DNA of 64,000 nucleotides from Elsinoe ampelina (GCA_010093995.1 ML992506.1:1567508-1631507); one strand, 5' to 3'. Shown: positions 16,035 to 29,514, counted from the first letter of the stretch. Notes: generated by a model from the sequence alone, not told the origin. Numbers and translations are program-made.

Positions 16035-16733
16035 ACCGCTTCAGAACAGTCCATCACGAAGATAACGAATCTCGCATAACGACGTGAACACAAGTAGCAC
16101 GCGACATCACCAGTAGATAAAGACAGCACAATGGCATCCCAGAATCTTTCAGAGACACCACGTGCAACCGAAATGATAACGCATTCGCATGACTCGCTCC
16201 CCACGACAGAAAACGGAAGGTGACCTTTGCCCTTCATCTCGCATCAAGCCCATCTGAACAAACCAGTCCGCCGCGTGTGCCGCTAGAAGCCCAAGCGAAC
16301 CCTCCTTCAGCCTTCGTCGAGCGTGGAAGCGCAAAAAAGAAGGCAAACAAGCTCGCCCCGGGCTTCTAAGTTCTACCCAAGGCTCAAAGAAGAAGCCAAT
16401 TCGTCGGTCCCCCGCTTGGACGCAACCCGCGCTAGGCTGTTTTCCGTGCAAGCGCGCGGTGATGGACGCGGTTTTGACCTTTCCCGGCGTGCATGGAACC
16501 CTCGAGTGCGTCTGTCAGCGGCGGGATGACCGGGGAGAGGATCAAAGTGCGTGTGCCTTTTCTTTTGGTGTTGGTATTCGCTTCTGCTTCGAGGTTGGTT
16601 CGACATCTTTCTTTGCGCCCGCCTCATCTATTTCTGCTGCTGGATCTGGATGCGCGAACTATGGGCGGTGATTTCTGGTTGAAGAGGATGCCACTGCACT
16701 GAAGGGCTCTCTCGGACTCGAAGTCGGCTCGCC

Positions 16734-18392
16734 ATGGACACCTCTGTCTTGTCTACGAATGGGATTGCGGGCGGCTATACCGGCGACAATGTCAACATCC
16801 TCCGCGCCATGATCGCCTTTTCGGCTATAGCCTGGTATAATTGCGCAGAGCTGATCTTCTTGATCTGTCTGCGCTTCAAGAAGTGGAAGGGTCTATATTT
16901 TTGGAGTCTCATGGTCACGAGCTGGGCGATTGTCATATACCAGATCGGCAGCTGGGGAAAGATGCGGAATATAGCTGGGAATCCGACGTTGATGACCGTC
17001 TTTACGAATGTTGGATGGTAGGTGAACCGCTGGTTGGAGCTCTCAGCCAACGGCTTGAGGTGACCTTGAATGGAAGAGGAGCGGCTAATGACATGCAGGA
17101 TTGTCATGATCACTGGGAACTCGTTAGTGCTGTATTCACGACTACATCTGCTGTGCCAGAACCATACATTATTGAAATGGGTGCTCTATGGCATCATGAT
17201 CAATACTGTCTGCATGTACATCCCCACGACCGCGCTGGATATTGGATCAAATGTCGTCAACCCTGGAAACCGGACATACATCAATGGCTACAGTATCATG
17301 GAGCGCATCCAGATGACCATGTTCACTGTGCAGGAGTTTGTCATCTCCGGTATCTACCTGATCGAAGCATATCGCTATCTCAAAGTGGCGTACGTCGGCG
17401 ACGAGCGCTCGCGCAATGTCATGTACGAACTCCTCGCCGTAAATGTCACCATCATCATACTCGATATCGCCCTGCTCTCCGTCGCCCATCGCGACCTCTT
17501 CCAAATCGAGGTCACCCTCAAAGGCCTCGTCTACAGCGTCAAGCTCAAACTCGAACTTGGCGTACTCTCTCGTCTCGTCCGCATCGTCACGGGCTCCGGA
17601 TCCGCTCTCGGCCGCACCGCCACCTTCGACAACGACCTCGCTAACCTCTCCGACGAACCCAAAGCCTTCAACGGTCTCGAATTCTGCACCACCCCTCTCC
17701 CCGAAAAACACAACTCCGCAGACAGCAAACGCCCCTCCCAATTCCGCGACTTTGCCACCGTAGACACCCACCGCTCCTCCGTCCCCTGGCTCATGACCAA
17801 CACCCGCAGCGTCCTCCCCGAATCCCCGCGGCCCTCGCGCCAACCCACCCGCCGCCTCCCCACCAATGGCCACCCATACTCCCTCCCAGACCGACACCTG
17901 ACCTCCTCCCGTCGCCGCACCACCACATCGTCCACCCTGGACTCCCCCGTGCGACCCCCTCCCGTCCAGCGTCCAACGCAACACACCATCCAACGCGGCG
18001 AGAGCTTCGCCAACTCTGAATTCCTCACCTCCGCAGCGGTGACAGAAGGCGCCAACGACGAGACCTTACGCCAATTCCAGAAGGAGATCGAAGCGGAACT
18101 AGGCGGTGGCGCGCTGGGAGTGGCCGAGTTGACGCACCACAAGAGTGCAGAGGGGAGCGAGGAGACGCTGACTAGTGGGGTGAGTCTGGGGGATGACAGG
18201 GCGGGAAAGGTGGGGAAGCGAGAGGGCAAGGACGAAGATGAAGGGGACGGGGAGGTGAGATCCGAGGGCGAGGAAGAAGAGGAGGAGGAAGAGTGGGCAA
18301 GGGGTCTGGGCGTGTTGGGACGACCGGTGCCGAGTAGGGAGAGTAGTTTGGGGAGGATGTACCCTGGGAGAATCACCGGGGAGAATGGCTGA
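16734..18392 (+). CDS. Fungal multi-pass integral membrane protein with a low-complexity C-terminal tail; intron 17018-17098
   Basis: Several hydrophobic helices with recurring fungal motifs (GLYFWSL, GNSLVLYSRLHL, QEFVISGIY, YSVKLKLELGVL). Function unknown. Confidence 0.8.
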
Positions 18393-20348
18393 CCATGAAG
18401 TCGGAGTGGGATTTTAAGAACCAAGGTATCTCAAGTTGGGACTTGTCCCTTCGACTTGAGGCTAGGGGTGGGGATGTACCCCCAAAGCAACTCGAGAATT
18501 CGGCATGGGAGCATCCCGCTCCCGCCTGGATGCGGGCTCGGATCAGGTTCAGCAAGCTGCGAATTGTGGCGGGTCCACGGCAGCAGTATCCTTTGGCCGA
18601 GCTGGCGGGCGTGAGAGGACCAGAGCAGTAGGAATGAAGGGAAGGCTTGGAAGGTCCTCAATATGTAAGGGAAATTGGCGCGAAGTAAGAGTAGGAACAG
18701 CAGAGCGGCGGAAGTGGACCGATCCAGACGGTCATTATGTGGCACGAAGCACGAATTTTTGTGTTTTTTTGGGACAGCGAATACAAGGTCTATGTCGGAG
18801 AGGTTTCTTTGTTATTGAGCACTGTTGGCTGGCCCTGAAGTCTGCCTTGGTAGGCGCTGGTCCTGGCCAAGAGGATACCAATGGTGGCGATGACGAGTCT
18901 GATCCACGTCGAATTCAATTTGATGTCCCTATGTTCTCTGATGCTTCCTTTTTGGTAAGCCTTCTCCTAGGACAGTCAACAGGCTGAAGTCTTCCTCTCC
19001 CTTGCTTTGAGTGACACGAAACGGGGATATGATGCATGACAACACCAAGTCGCTCGTTTTCGAGATGCATGATTTACCGCAGGTGTTTTTTAATACCGAG
19101 CAACGTGAATCGGAGCGAGGCCCGGGTGTACAGGTACAAGCCTACGTAAGACGTCGCTATCATAAATACATTCCTGGCATCCCGCTGTTGGCTCGATGTA
19201 GAAGCGTCTTCTATAGCCGAGTAAGTATCGTAGAATTTCGTCGCCCCAGGATTTGCCACCTAGGCAGGATTCACTGTCCTCCTCACAGTTGACGCAACAG
19301 ATCTTGACTTGAGTCTGGAAACATTCATCCTCTCTCTTTCATCTTGGTAAATAGAACGGGCAGAGTTCCAAAGTGGTTTTGAGCCTCTACATTAGCCCCT
19401 TACTCAGCGCGATAGACCTACAGGATCCAATACTGCTGTCCATGGACGCTCGATAGCGAGCTTGTCTTGCACAACACATCGCCGACTTGTAGGTAGGCAC
19501 GGCAAGGAGTCTCGGGGTCCCCGGAGATCCCGGTCTAACTACCAGCCATTGGTCGGCCCTCTGACAGTGTCCTCTCGGACTGCAATCATTACCACAGAGA
19601 AGCATACTACGCCCGTCCGAACGATCATGCCATCGATCCTCGTGTGCCCCATCTACACATTTGAGACTATCCAGCTGCCACTGTAGTAGCTGGAGGAGAG
19701 ACAGCTTGACTCCTGTTGGAGTGACAGCTGCTTACGGGAAGACGCTGGTAGTATGTTCTACTACAGGCTTTGACCAGGTTGACAGGGCTATACACCGCCA
19801 GTCTGAAGAACAAGATTAGTCTTTGACCTCTCAACCGTTCGCTTGCGTTTGGTGGAAAATCCTCTTAGTCGAGGATGTCAGCCGTGTACTCCGCTGCAGC
19901 CTGTCTCGCAGGCTTTACTAAACGATGCGAAGGTGCATTGATCTCGGGCTTGTCGTCCAGACTTCTTAATCTTCATGACAATGGGTTGTCGTGGTTGGAC
20001 TCGTGGGACAGAAGGCGAGTGACGCCTTCGTACGAACCTCATCGATGAAGAACATCGTATTCAAACTTACAGTCGTTTTGAGTTCAACCGAGCCACCCCG
20101 GGCTTGGCGGTACTCTTCACCGACTTCTGCTCACCAAAATTAGCTGGCTAGAGGTCCAGAGAGAATATAGAGTCGAATAGCTTAACAACGCCGTCTATTT
20201 AAATGAAATTAAAGCTGAAAAAAGGTATAATAGACCAGTTAGTATATACTAACATTACTAAATTATAGCTTGTAAGTATTCTTCTTCTATAACTAACTAT
20301 TGCTCTAGCTATACGAAGAAACCTTTAAGAGCAGTATAGGAGGCAATT

Positions 20349-22098
20349 ATAATATTCTCTACTTCTCTGTTATTGTCGCTAGTTTCTTCTTCTTTAAGGC
20401 ACTTCTTAAGCTTATTAGAGAAGGTACTAGATAACCTTCGTTATAGTCTAACTATCCGGCTAAAGAGCTATATACTAGCGCTAGCGTAGGTAGCACCTTA
20501 TCTAGAGGTTACATCTACTAACCTAGCTCTTTAGAGGCTTATAGAGCAAGCTATAAACTAAGTTATACTACCTTTACGAGCTAGATCTTAGTAGCTGTCT
20601 CTTTAATTAAGGTTTCTAACACCTATACTAGACTAGCTAAGGTAGTTAATTAAGTTAGATATAGCACCGGAGGAAGAGCTAGATATATAGGTAATAGAGG
20701 TACTATAGTTATTATAAGTACTAGAGTTACTAAAGACTAATTCTAGTAACTTAGATATGCTCTATCTTAGTTAGATAGTAGAGGTAAGGCTAGTAGTAAA
20801 GCTCGGAAGTAAGACTCTATACTATAACAAGCATGTGTTTAGCTAACTAAGTAATCTATCGTAGTTAGTACTAGCTAATTAGGTAGTAGAGAAGAGTAGT
20901 CTTATTACTTAAGCTATACTCGAGCTACTTTTACTTAATTACGCTACTACCTATAAGTGTCTTAGTATATAGTAGCTATTTAAAGTAGCAATATTAGAGC
21001 TAGCTAAGATATAGAGGCTAGTTAATAAGCTCGAAGATTAGCTTACTAAGGATTACTAGTAGCTTAGGCTTAGCCTTACTACCGAGATAAAGAAGGTACT
21101 AATAGCTATAAACTCTATAGTAAATTCGAGAGTTATATAACTACCTTTAACTATGCTAGTTCTAAGCTCTTTAATAGGTCTACTACTACTACCTTTATAG
21201 TAATCCTCCCTTAGATCGATACTAGTAAGGACAGTATAGACTCTAGTAGCTAGTGTAATACTACTGTCTTTATAGGTAGTATAGCTAGCGCTACTATTAT
21301 AAGGTCGAGGCTCGGCGACGAGCTAATTATATAGTGCGCTCGAGGGCATAAATAGTAATAAGGAGCCTCTATTAGAGTCGGTATAGACTTATACTAATTG
21401 TAATTACTACAACTATAAGAGGTTATACTAGCGTATATTAACTAGTAAGTACTACTAGATTGTAACGGAGGATAAGTATACCTAGGCTACTACTATTCGC
21501 GATAGTAAAGCTACTATTAATCGTTCTCCTATAGGCCTTATATTAAGCCTTAATTGCTTAAAGGCCTCGAGGAGTATTAAAAGCGCTCTACCGACACTAC
21601 TAATACTAACGCCTTTAGTGTCTTTAGCGCCTTTTATACTCTCTCTAACACCTATTAACTATATTAATATTACAAACTCGATTGCTTCTTACTAGCTATA
21701 GTAGCGCTTAGAGCCTATAAATAACTTAAGATTCTTACCTATTACCTCTAAGGCCGACCCTTATAAAGTTTTAACTAAATTCTTTAAGTAGATAAAGAGA
21801 AAGAGAAGCTTTAAAAGAGATATTTAGGTACTAGATTAGGTTAAATTTAAGCTAAAGAAGAAGAATTATAACCTCGATAGCGTAAGAGGTATATACTTAG
21901 ATAGGTAGAGAGATACCTAGGCCTTTAATAAAGGCCTTCTATACCGGATTTAAAGCTAAATTAGCTCTTTTAAGCGCTAGTATTGCTCTAAGATAGTTAT
22001 ACGAGCTAGATCGAATTAAGCGAGTTAGATACCTTACTATCTCGGCGGTCGAAATAGGCACTTTTACCTAGTTTATAGTAGCCGATATAGATACTAAT
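20349..22098 (+). pseudogene. RIP-degraded second ORF (about 560-580 codons) inside the Tc1-like element, with a Cys/His motif; function unknown
   Basis: One frame with no visible indels, interrupted only by TAA/TAG. De-RIP reading near 21363-21540 is EPLLESAWTCTDRNCHNHERLCWRMSTGKHYQI...WATAIRDGEATIDRPP, and near 21740 SSPIASEADPHEVLAEFFEW. Both ends are approximate. Confidence 0.75.
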
Positions 22099-23096
22099 TT
22101 ACGTAGCGTAATAGACAATTTAACTAGCTCGGCGGCCGAGATAGATATTAATCTAGTTCGGCTACCGAACTAGACTTAGTTTATCTAACTCGGAGTAGTA
22201 CACGTATAGTATAGAGTAGTCGTAGTAGTAGTAAAGAGTTTTTACTAGGTCTTAGTATTAAACTTATTTAATATAAGTAATTTCTTACGTACTAAATAGA
22301 TCCCCTATAACCTTACGCTATATCTATAGCTCTTAAAGTACGCCTTAGCGTATAGTCTACTATATAAGTTAATAGCTAGCTCTAAGAAATTAGCGTATTT
22401 CTCGTACCTAGCGACTAGATTATAGTATTACTTTACCTACGCCTTTAGCACCGAGAAGAATTACTCGATAGAATTAAAATCTAGCGAATAGAGTAGTAGG
22501 TATTTAAGGTAACTTCTATACTCTTATACTAGCTCCTTTATCTTATCGCTTTAGTAGATTAAAGCATTATTTATAACAAAGATTATACTAGCTAGAAGCT
22601 CTAGTATTATTATATCTATTAGCTAGCTAATAAAGATCTTACTAGTAATTAATCTATAGTAGATTAAGGTACTAGGGAGATAGCTATTAATAGTAATAGC
22701 TAGTAACATACTCTACCTCTTACTACGCTACTTTAGCTAGATATCTATATACTTCTTACTAACGGGTACCTACCTATACCTTCTCTACGCTATATGCTTA
22801 TTATAAGCTAACTTATTAATGTAAACGATTCTATCGACTAGCTAAAGCATATACCTTCGAGTCTAATTCGCTCTAAGTATTGTATCTCTTTTAGCCGCTA
22901 CCTTTTTAGCTACCTTTCGAGACTACTACTAGTACTAGATCGTGTACTAGATTGTACTTAAGTATACCTAGCAATTGTATACCTCTCTTAAGAAGGCTTA
23001 AACTTTGTTAAGATAAGTAGTAGAGATATTATTTAGGTAGGCTATTACCTCCTTAGATAGGTTAGTATAGAAAGAGCTTAGCTATAAAGGACTTAC

Positions 23097-23490
23097 TATT
23101 ACGAACTAGTAGGACAGCTAAAGCGTAGAGACGCTAGAACTAATTAAACTACTAGGGTTATTACGTAACCTAGCCTAATATTTACTCGGTTCTCTATCTT
23201 CTCTAGTAGCTCTACCCTAGGGACTATAGAGCACGTAGGTTACTAGCGGACGTATACTCTATATTACTTCTAACTCTCGCTATAGAGCATATAGAGTATA
23301 TAGAGTATATAGTAAAGAATATATATATATAGGAATAGTTCTTACCTTATATAAGTACTATAGTTAACCTCGTCTAGATAGNNNNNNNNNNNNNNNNNNN
23401 NNNNNNNNNNNNNNNNNNNNNNNNNNNNNNNNNNNNTTCTTAGCTTAGCTTAGACTACTAGTGTAGGCTATATTTAGACAGTTCGTAACA
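23097..23490 (+). repeat. 5' LTR (contains a 55-N assembly gap)
   Basis: Starts tattacgaac (RIP of tgttacgaac) and ends gttcgtaaca, a 10-bp terminal inverted repeat. Aligns to 29589-30051. Confidence 0.95.
23382..23436. other. Scaffold gap (55 N)
   Basis: Run of n characters. Confidence 1.
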
Positions 23491-23606
23491 TTTTAACTAC
23501 CCTTACTATAGTATAGCACGCTACGAGGTTAATAAGTAACTCTTACTCTAAGTTACTATTAGCATCTTCAATCGCTAGTAAGCTAGGAAAGCTTACTATT
23601 AACGAT

Positions 23607-25598
23607 ATATCTACTACTAGTTTAACCTCGGGTAAACATAGAAGGTCTTTTAGTATAGAAGAACGAAGTAGGCCTAAGTTAGAGGTAGAACCCTTCTATA
23701 GAGACTATACCTACTTAAGGCACTTCCTTGTTTAACTTAAAGCCTTCTTTACTCTAGAGGGAAATAAGTACGCTAACGACGCGGCAAAGGTCCTCTATAC
23801 TAGGATACACCTTAAAGGCGCCGCCTTTAGGTAGTTCGAGCCTTATATAAGTAGCTACCTAGATAGATAACTAGGCCTAGATATAAAGGCTATTTTTAAG
23901 AGCTTTAGCATCTTCTAGACAAAGATTAAGTAAGTCTTTAACGTATCTAATAAGAAACGCATCGCTATAATAAAGATCTAATAACTACGACAATATAGGT
24001 CTATAGCCTAGTACTATTCTTAGTTCTAATAACTTATAATATATCTAGACTAGGACGATAGTACTAAACACTTAGTATTCTATTAAGGACTAAGCGACTT
24101 AGTTAAAGACTAAATAATACCTAAGCTGCCTAATAGCCTTTAGGAATTAGTAGATACTATAATTGCTATTAATAATAGACTTTATAAACGACGTATAGAA
24201 CGTTATAGAGAATATAAGGTAAATACTAGATATACGCGTTTCTCTCGAAACTATAGAGACTCTATAGAACTTAATACTATACGCGAAGGCTACTCTTTAT
24301 AGGTACGAGGCTATAGCCGTAGAGGAAAGTTCCTTAGTAGAAAAGAGAGAGAGAAGTATAGACGAGACAACTTATATTTTAAGTATAAAAGACCTAGGTA
24401 TTAGGCTAGGGACTACCGATAAGAGGCGCTAGCTAATAGATTATATATAATAGTTGCTAGGCTAGTAGAGAAAAAGGCTAACACTACTATAGAAGACCTA
24501 ATAACCTTTAGCGTAGGTAAGGAAATATAGAAGAAGTCTATAATAACTCGAGAGGTAGTAGAATTCTCTCTAGATGTTACGCTTAATATCTCTATAACTA
24601 ATAGCAAATAATAAAGCTAATACGCGACACTATTATAGATAGTATATTATAATAACTCTTATTACATTTACTTATTAGACAAGTAGGGATCTAGTTAGTT
24701 TCTATATAAGCTGTCTAAGTATAGGCAACTAACGAAATAGCTAGACTAGGAACCTAACCTAGAAAGGCTCTCTATAATTGGTAGTAATAGTAACTAACCT
24801 TAGAAGGTAGTTAGTAACAATTACTAATATACGATTATCGAGACGAAGTATTAGGACATAAGCGCTATATAATAATATAGTAGCCTTACCTTTAGCCTTT
24901 ATAGCGAACTATAAGGAAAGGTATATTATATATTACTCTAGAAATGTACAAATCTAAATTATAAATAGTACTATACTATCTACTTACACGATGTACTTAG
25001 AGAAGAAGCTATTAGTCTTAAATACACTACGGACTTCTTAGTAATTAAAATAGGTAGTACTATTCCCTATAGCTAAGTAAGAGAATATACTTAGTGTAGC
25101 CTTACTAACTATAACTATACTAGAGGTAGTAGCGACGAAGAGAAATATAATAAAGAATATACCGAACGACTATAATATAATAATATAGATAAGAACTTAT
25201 CTAATAATAACAATAATAACAACAATATACTACTACTAGGTAAACGACTTAAAGTATACCTTACAGGGATATAGAGGAATTATATAATAATATACACCTA
25301 CTACTAGAATAGGACACAATAAGATAAATCTATATAACTTGTTTTTGTCTTTAATACTAATGCCTAGCTATACCTAAAAGAAATAGTTATACTAATATAG
25401 GTATATAACACTACTTAGTATAACTAGTAGAGAATTATTAGACTTTATAGTTACTAAGGGACTTAGGCGCTAGAAGTTTACCTTACTATATTAAATAGTA
25501 ATAAAACATAACTTGCCTAATAGATATAGTACTAATAGTAGATACGTGTAGAAAGAGATTAGCTACTTATCTAAGGAGCTACAATAACAAAAAACTAG
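23607..25598 (+). pseudogene. gag: gag (RIP-degraded, unusually long, about 660 codons)
   Basis: Gag-like PKLEVEPF...HFLVQLKAFF...HLKGAAFRWFEPY. A CCHC knuckle C-x2-C-x4-H-x4-C sits at 24375-24416 (Cys/His read as Tyr after RIP). The frame ends at A AAA AAC TAG. The start is approximate. Confidence 0.85.
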
Positions 25599-28500
25599 CT
25601 AGTTATTGCCTAATAAGGTAAGATAATAACACTAGCTAAAGCCTTAATATAATAAAGATCTATATATTAAACTACTTTATACTAGAAGTCGAAATATAAG
25701 AGAGTAAGGTAAGAGTAATAATAGATTTAGAAGCTAACTATAGCTACATCTCTATAATAGTTACTAATTAGCTTAAATCTTATTAATACTAGAAGGAGTT
25801 ACCTTACCTACTTACTATAGTAGATAGAACCCCTATAGGGAAGAACGGGAAAGTCACTTAGGAACTATAAAATGTTATAATTAAAATTGAAATATATATA
25901 GAAAAACAATCGATTAATATAGTAGACATATAGTATAATATAGTACTTAGCATAGACTAGCTTTAATAATATAATCTAGACGTAGACTAGATTAAAGAAA
26001 CACTTAAATTCCCTAAGTACAATTATAGAACATAGGGAGTATAATCGGCTCTATAGATACTAACTACAAGGATAGTATAGGTACGACTAATAGTTAGAGC
26101 TATCGCTAGCGTAAGCAATTAAGTACTTCTACTAGAATATAAAGACTTTAAGGACTTATTTAAAGAAAGAGAAGGTATTACGGCCTTACTCTAATATAAA
26201 CTATAGAATTACAAAATACTCTTTAAAGAGAGTAAATCCCTAATACACTATTAAGGTCTTATACTACTATCGAAATAAGAGAAGAACGTCCTTAAGAACT
26301 ATATCGATAAGTACTTACTTAAAGGATTTATACAACTATTAAAATTATCTATTATGTACGAAGTGCTTTTTACACCTAAAAAGGATAGAATATTACGAAT
26401 ATACATTAATTACTAGAAACTTAATACACTTACTAGGAAGAATTGCTATTCCCTACTAAGGATTAACAAACTTTAAGATCGACTACTTAGAGCTAAATAG
26501 TTTACTATAATTAACATTAGAGACGCCTATTATTAAGTATAAATAAAGAAGAGTAAGGAGTAGAAGATAGCTTTTAGAACGTAATAGAGTCTATATAAGT
26601 ACCTTGTTATACCCTTTAGGTTAACTAATACTTCTATAACCTTCTAAGAGTTAATTAATAATACTCTATAAGAATACCTTAATAACTTTGTCTTAGTATA
26701 TTTAGATAATATTATTATCTTCTTAAAGATGTATAATAAACACGTAGGACATGTTTATAAAGTGCTATAGAAACTAAAAGAAAAAGACCTACTAGTAAAG
26801 CTCTCTAAGTACGAGTTTTATAAACACAAGATATAATTTCTAGGCTATGTTATATCTACTAATAGTATTAGACCCGACCTAAAAAAGATTAAGTTAGTAA
26901 ACGACTAGCTAGAACCTACTATAGTTAAGGAGGTTTAAGCGCTACTAGAGTTCTTTAACTACTACTATAAGTTTGTTAAAGGATTCTCTAAGGTAGCTAC
27001 GCTAATATTTAACCTTATAAAGAAAGAAACTAGATTTGTCTTCGATGAGAAATATAAGTAGGCCTTTAAGAAGCTAAAGCTTAGACTTATAATAGTACCT
27101 GTCCTAGTACTCTTCGACCTAGACTAATAAGTACTACTAGAAACAGATGCCTTAGACTTTATAATAGAAGTATATCTAGCGTAGAAGAACGCGAAAGAAT
27201 AACGCTACTTAATTATATATTACTTACAAAAAATAACTAGACCTAAACTTAACTACGATATATACGATAAGGAGTTACTTATAATTATAGAGGCATTCTA
27301 CGAATAGAGAGTATACCTAGAAGGAATAACCTTACCTATATAAGTCTATACTAACTATAAGAACCTATTATATTAGACAATAACTAAGGTTCTTAATAGA
27401 TAATAGATTTAATAGTTAGAAACACTTATAAGCTACAACTTTTAGATCTACTATATTAAGGGATTAGAGAATAGTAGAGTAGACACTCTTAGCCGACAAC
27501 CGGATTACTTAAAGAATATAACAATAATAGAGGCCTCTATACTAAAGTAGTAAGATAGTACTCTAGTCTATAAGCACCCGAAGGTAGAGTAGTTATATAG
27601 CCTTACCTAGAAGCTTACGTAAGAATAGAAGAAAGAAGTTATTCGAATATACTATAATAACCTAATAGTAGAGCATAGTAGGATTAATAAGACTATTAAA
27701 CTTATTACATAAAACTACCTATAGAAAGGACTTCAAAACGATATTAAGACATATATCGCTATATATAATACATGCTATAAGTCTAAGCACTTACGACATA
27801 AGCTATATAGCCTATTATAACTCTTACTACCACTAGATAAACTATAGTAATTAGTTATAATAGACTTTATAGGACCTTTACTACTATTAGAAGAACCTCT
27901 TATAGGTATAAAGTATAATAGTATTCTAGTCCTAGTAGATAGGTTTACGAAGTATTACTACTTTATACTATATAAGATAATAGTAACTACTAAGGATATA
28001 GCCTTTACCTTTCTCCGAATAATTGTTTTATAACACGGAGTACTATAAGACCTAATAACTAACAGAGATAAGCTATTTACGTTATAATTCTAGTAATTAT
28101 TTATAGACCTAATAGGAGTTAAATATAAGCTATTAACTTTCTTTTATCTATAGACGGACGGACAAACTAAATAGGTAAATTAAGTACTAGAGTAGTACCT
28201 ACGATACTATCTAAACTATAAGTAAGACTTATAGGCGACGCTATTACTACTCGTAGAGCTTGCTATTAATAATAGAAAGTTAGCAAATAGAATTTTACTA
28301 TTCTATGTAAACTATAGAATATACCCGGATCTATACTATAACACACTCGGAATTAAGCTAATATCTAAGGACGCTAATATACTAGTAGCTAATATTAAGA
28401 AACTACACGACTAGCTATACTATAATATAGCATTTATATTACAAAGAATAGTAGAGTTTACTAACTAGAAGAGAATTATAGGACTAATTCTATAGGAGGG

Positions 28501-28970
28501 AGAGAAAGTTTATCTCCTTAGTAAAAACATTAAAATAAAGTAACTAAGTAAGAAACTTAACTATACTAAGCTAGGACCCTTTAAGATCCTAGAAAAGAAA
28601 AACAAGAACGTATATAAACTAGAACTACTAAGACATATAAGGATCTATCTAGTCTTTTATATATTACTACTAGAGAAAGTACTATAGAATACTATACCTA
28701 GACCTATTGAACTAGATAAAGAAACATAAGAGCTATAGTATAAGATTAAAAGAGTTTTACGTTATAAACTTATAAAAGGAAAACGCTACTATCTTATTTA
28801 CTAGAAGGGATATTAGTATAGCGAAGTAACATAGGAACTAGAGGAGTACCTTACCTCGTAAGTAATTCTAAATTACTAGATTAAGAACCTATCCTAAGTA
28901 AACTAACTAGACAAACCTAGTACTCTAAATACTAAACAAAAATAAGAATGTCTAAGGAAGATTACTTAAC
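25596..28970 (+). pseudogene. pol: pol (protease, RT, RNase H, integrase, chromodomain), in the -1 frame relative to gag
   Basis: De-RIP motifs: DSGA (about 25724), PKKDG.LRMCIDYRKLN (about 26375), YLDD read as YLDN (26699-26710), LETDASD (about 27137), MDFI, HPQTDGQTER (about 28145), GPF (about 28574) and YLIHWKGY...TWEP (about 28790-28840). The end is approximate. Confidence 0.93.
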
Positions 28971-29514
28971 TAATAGAAGCACCTTAATCGTTACTAAGTA
29001 AGGAACTCTAATTAGAGTCGGGCATAAATAATTACTAGTTCTATAGTAGGACAGGATCCACCGACAATAGTATTTCCTCCTGCTCTAAGACTTAAATACA
29101 AGTCTCTTCTAGAGAGATTACTTTCTCTACCTTATTCTTTAACTTTTATATCTCTTCGCGTAGGTAAAGCTTATCGCCTATAGCTCTTTAATAAGCCTCT
29201 TTTACCTTTTTATAAGCTTCTTTAGCTTTCTTTCTAGTAGCCTTAGCCGTAACTAATTCCTTTCGTAAATAAATACACTTAGACTAGAGACGCTACTATT
29301 TTAATTTTGTTACTTAAATATTATAACTCGAGTAGTTACTTACGATATACTAGCTATAAATACCTAACCGAACGTAGACTTTATAGTCTAACCCTTTCGA
29401 CTTATAACAAGAGTAAGCTTATAGCATGTTAGTTCTAAATAATTTAATAAACTTCGAGAGGTTCTTTCGTATAGATATACTAGATTTACTATGCCTTTAA
29501 CAACTAGGAGGCAT
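28966..29514 (-). pseudogene. Antisense accessory ORF of the retrotransposon (about 182 codons): Zn2Cys6-like Cys cluster plus coiled coil
   Basis: Intact ATG at 29514 and a single frame with only TAA/TAG stops. The literal read AYSCYKSKGLDYKVYVRLGIYS*YIVSNYSSYNI de-RIPs to C-x2-C-x6-C-x8-C-x2-C-x7-C, followed by an E/K/A-rich heptad region. Confidence 0.75.

Noticed and set aside
8127..18424. Long antisense and alternate-frame ORFs over real genes (e.g. 8127-8825, 10102-10692, 17247-17993, 17531-18424)
   Set aside because: Shadow ORFs expected from GC-rich, strongly skewed codon usage; the products are low-complexity.
23491..23505. Tf1-like self-priming PBS after the 5' LTR (ttttaactaccc)
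   Set aside because: Only about 8 nt of RIP-adjusted complementarity to the LTR could be found, too degraded to call.
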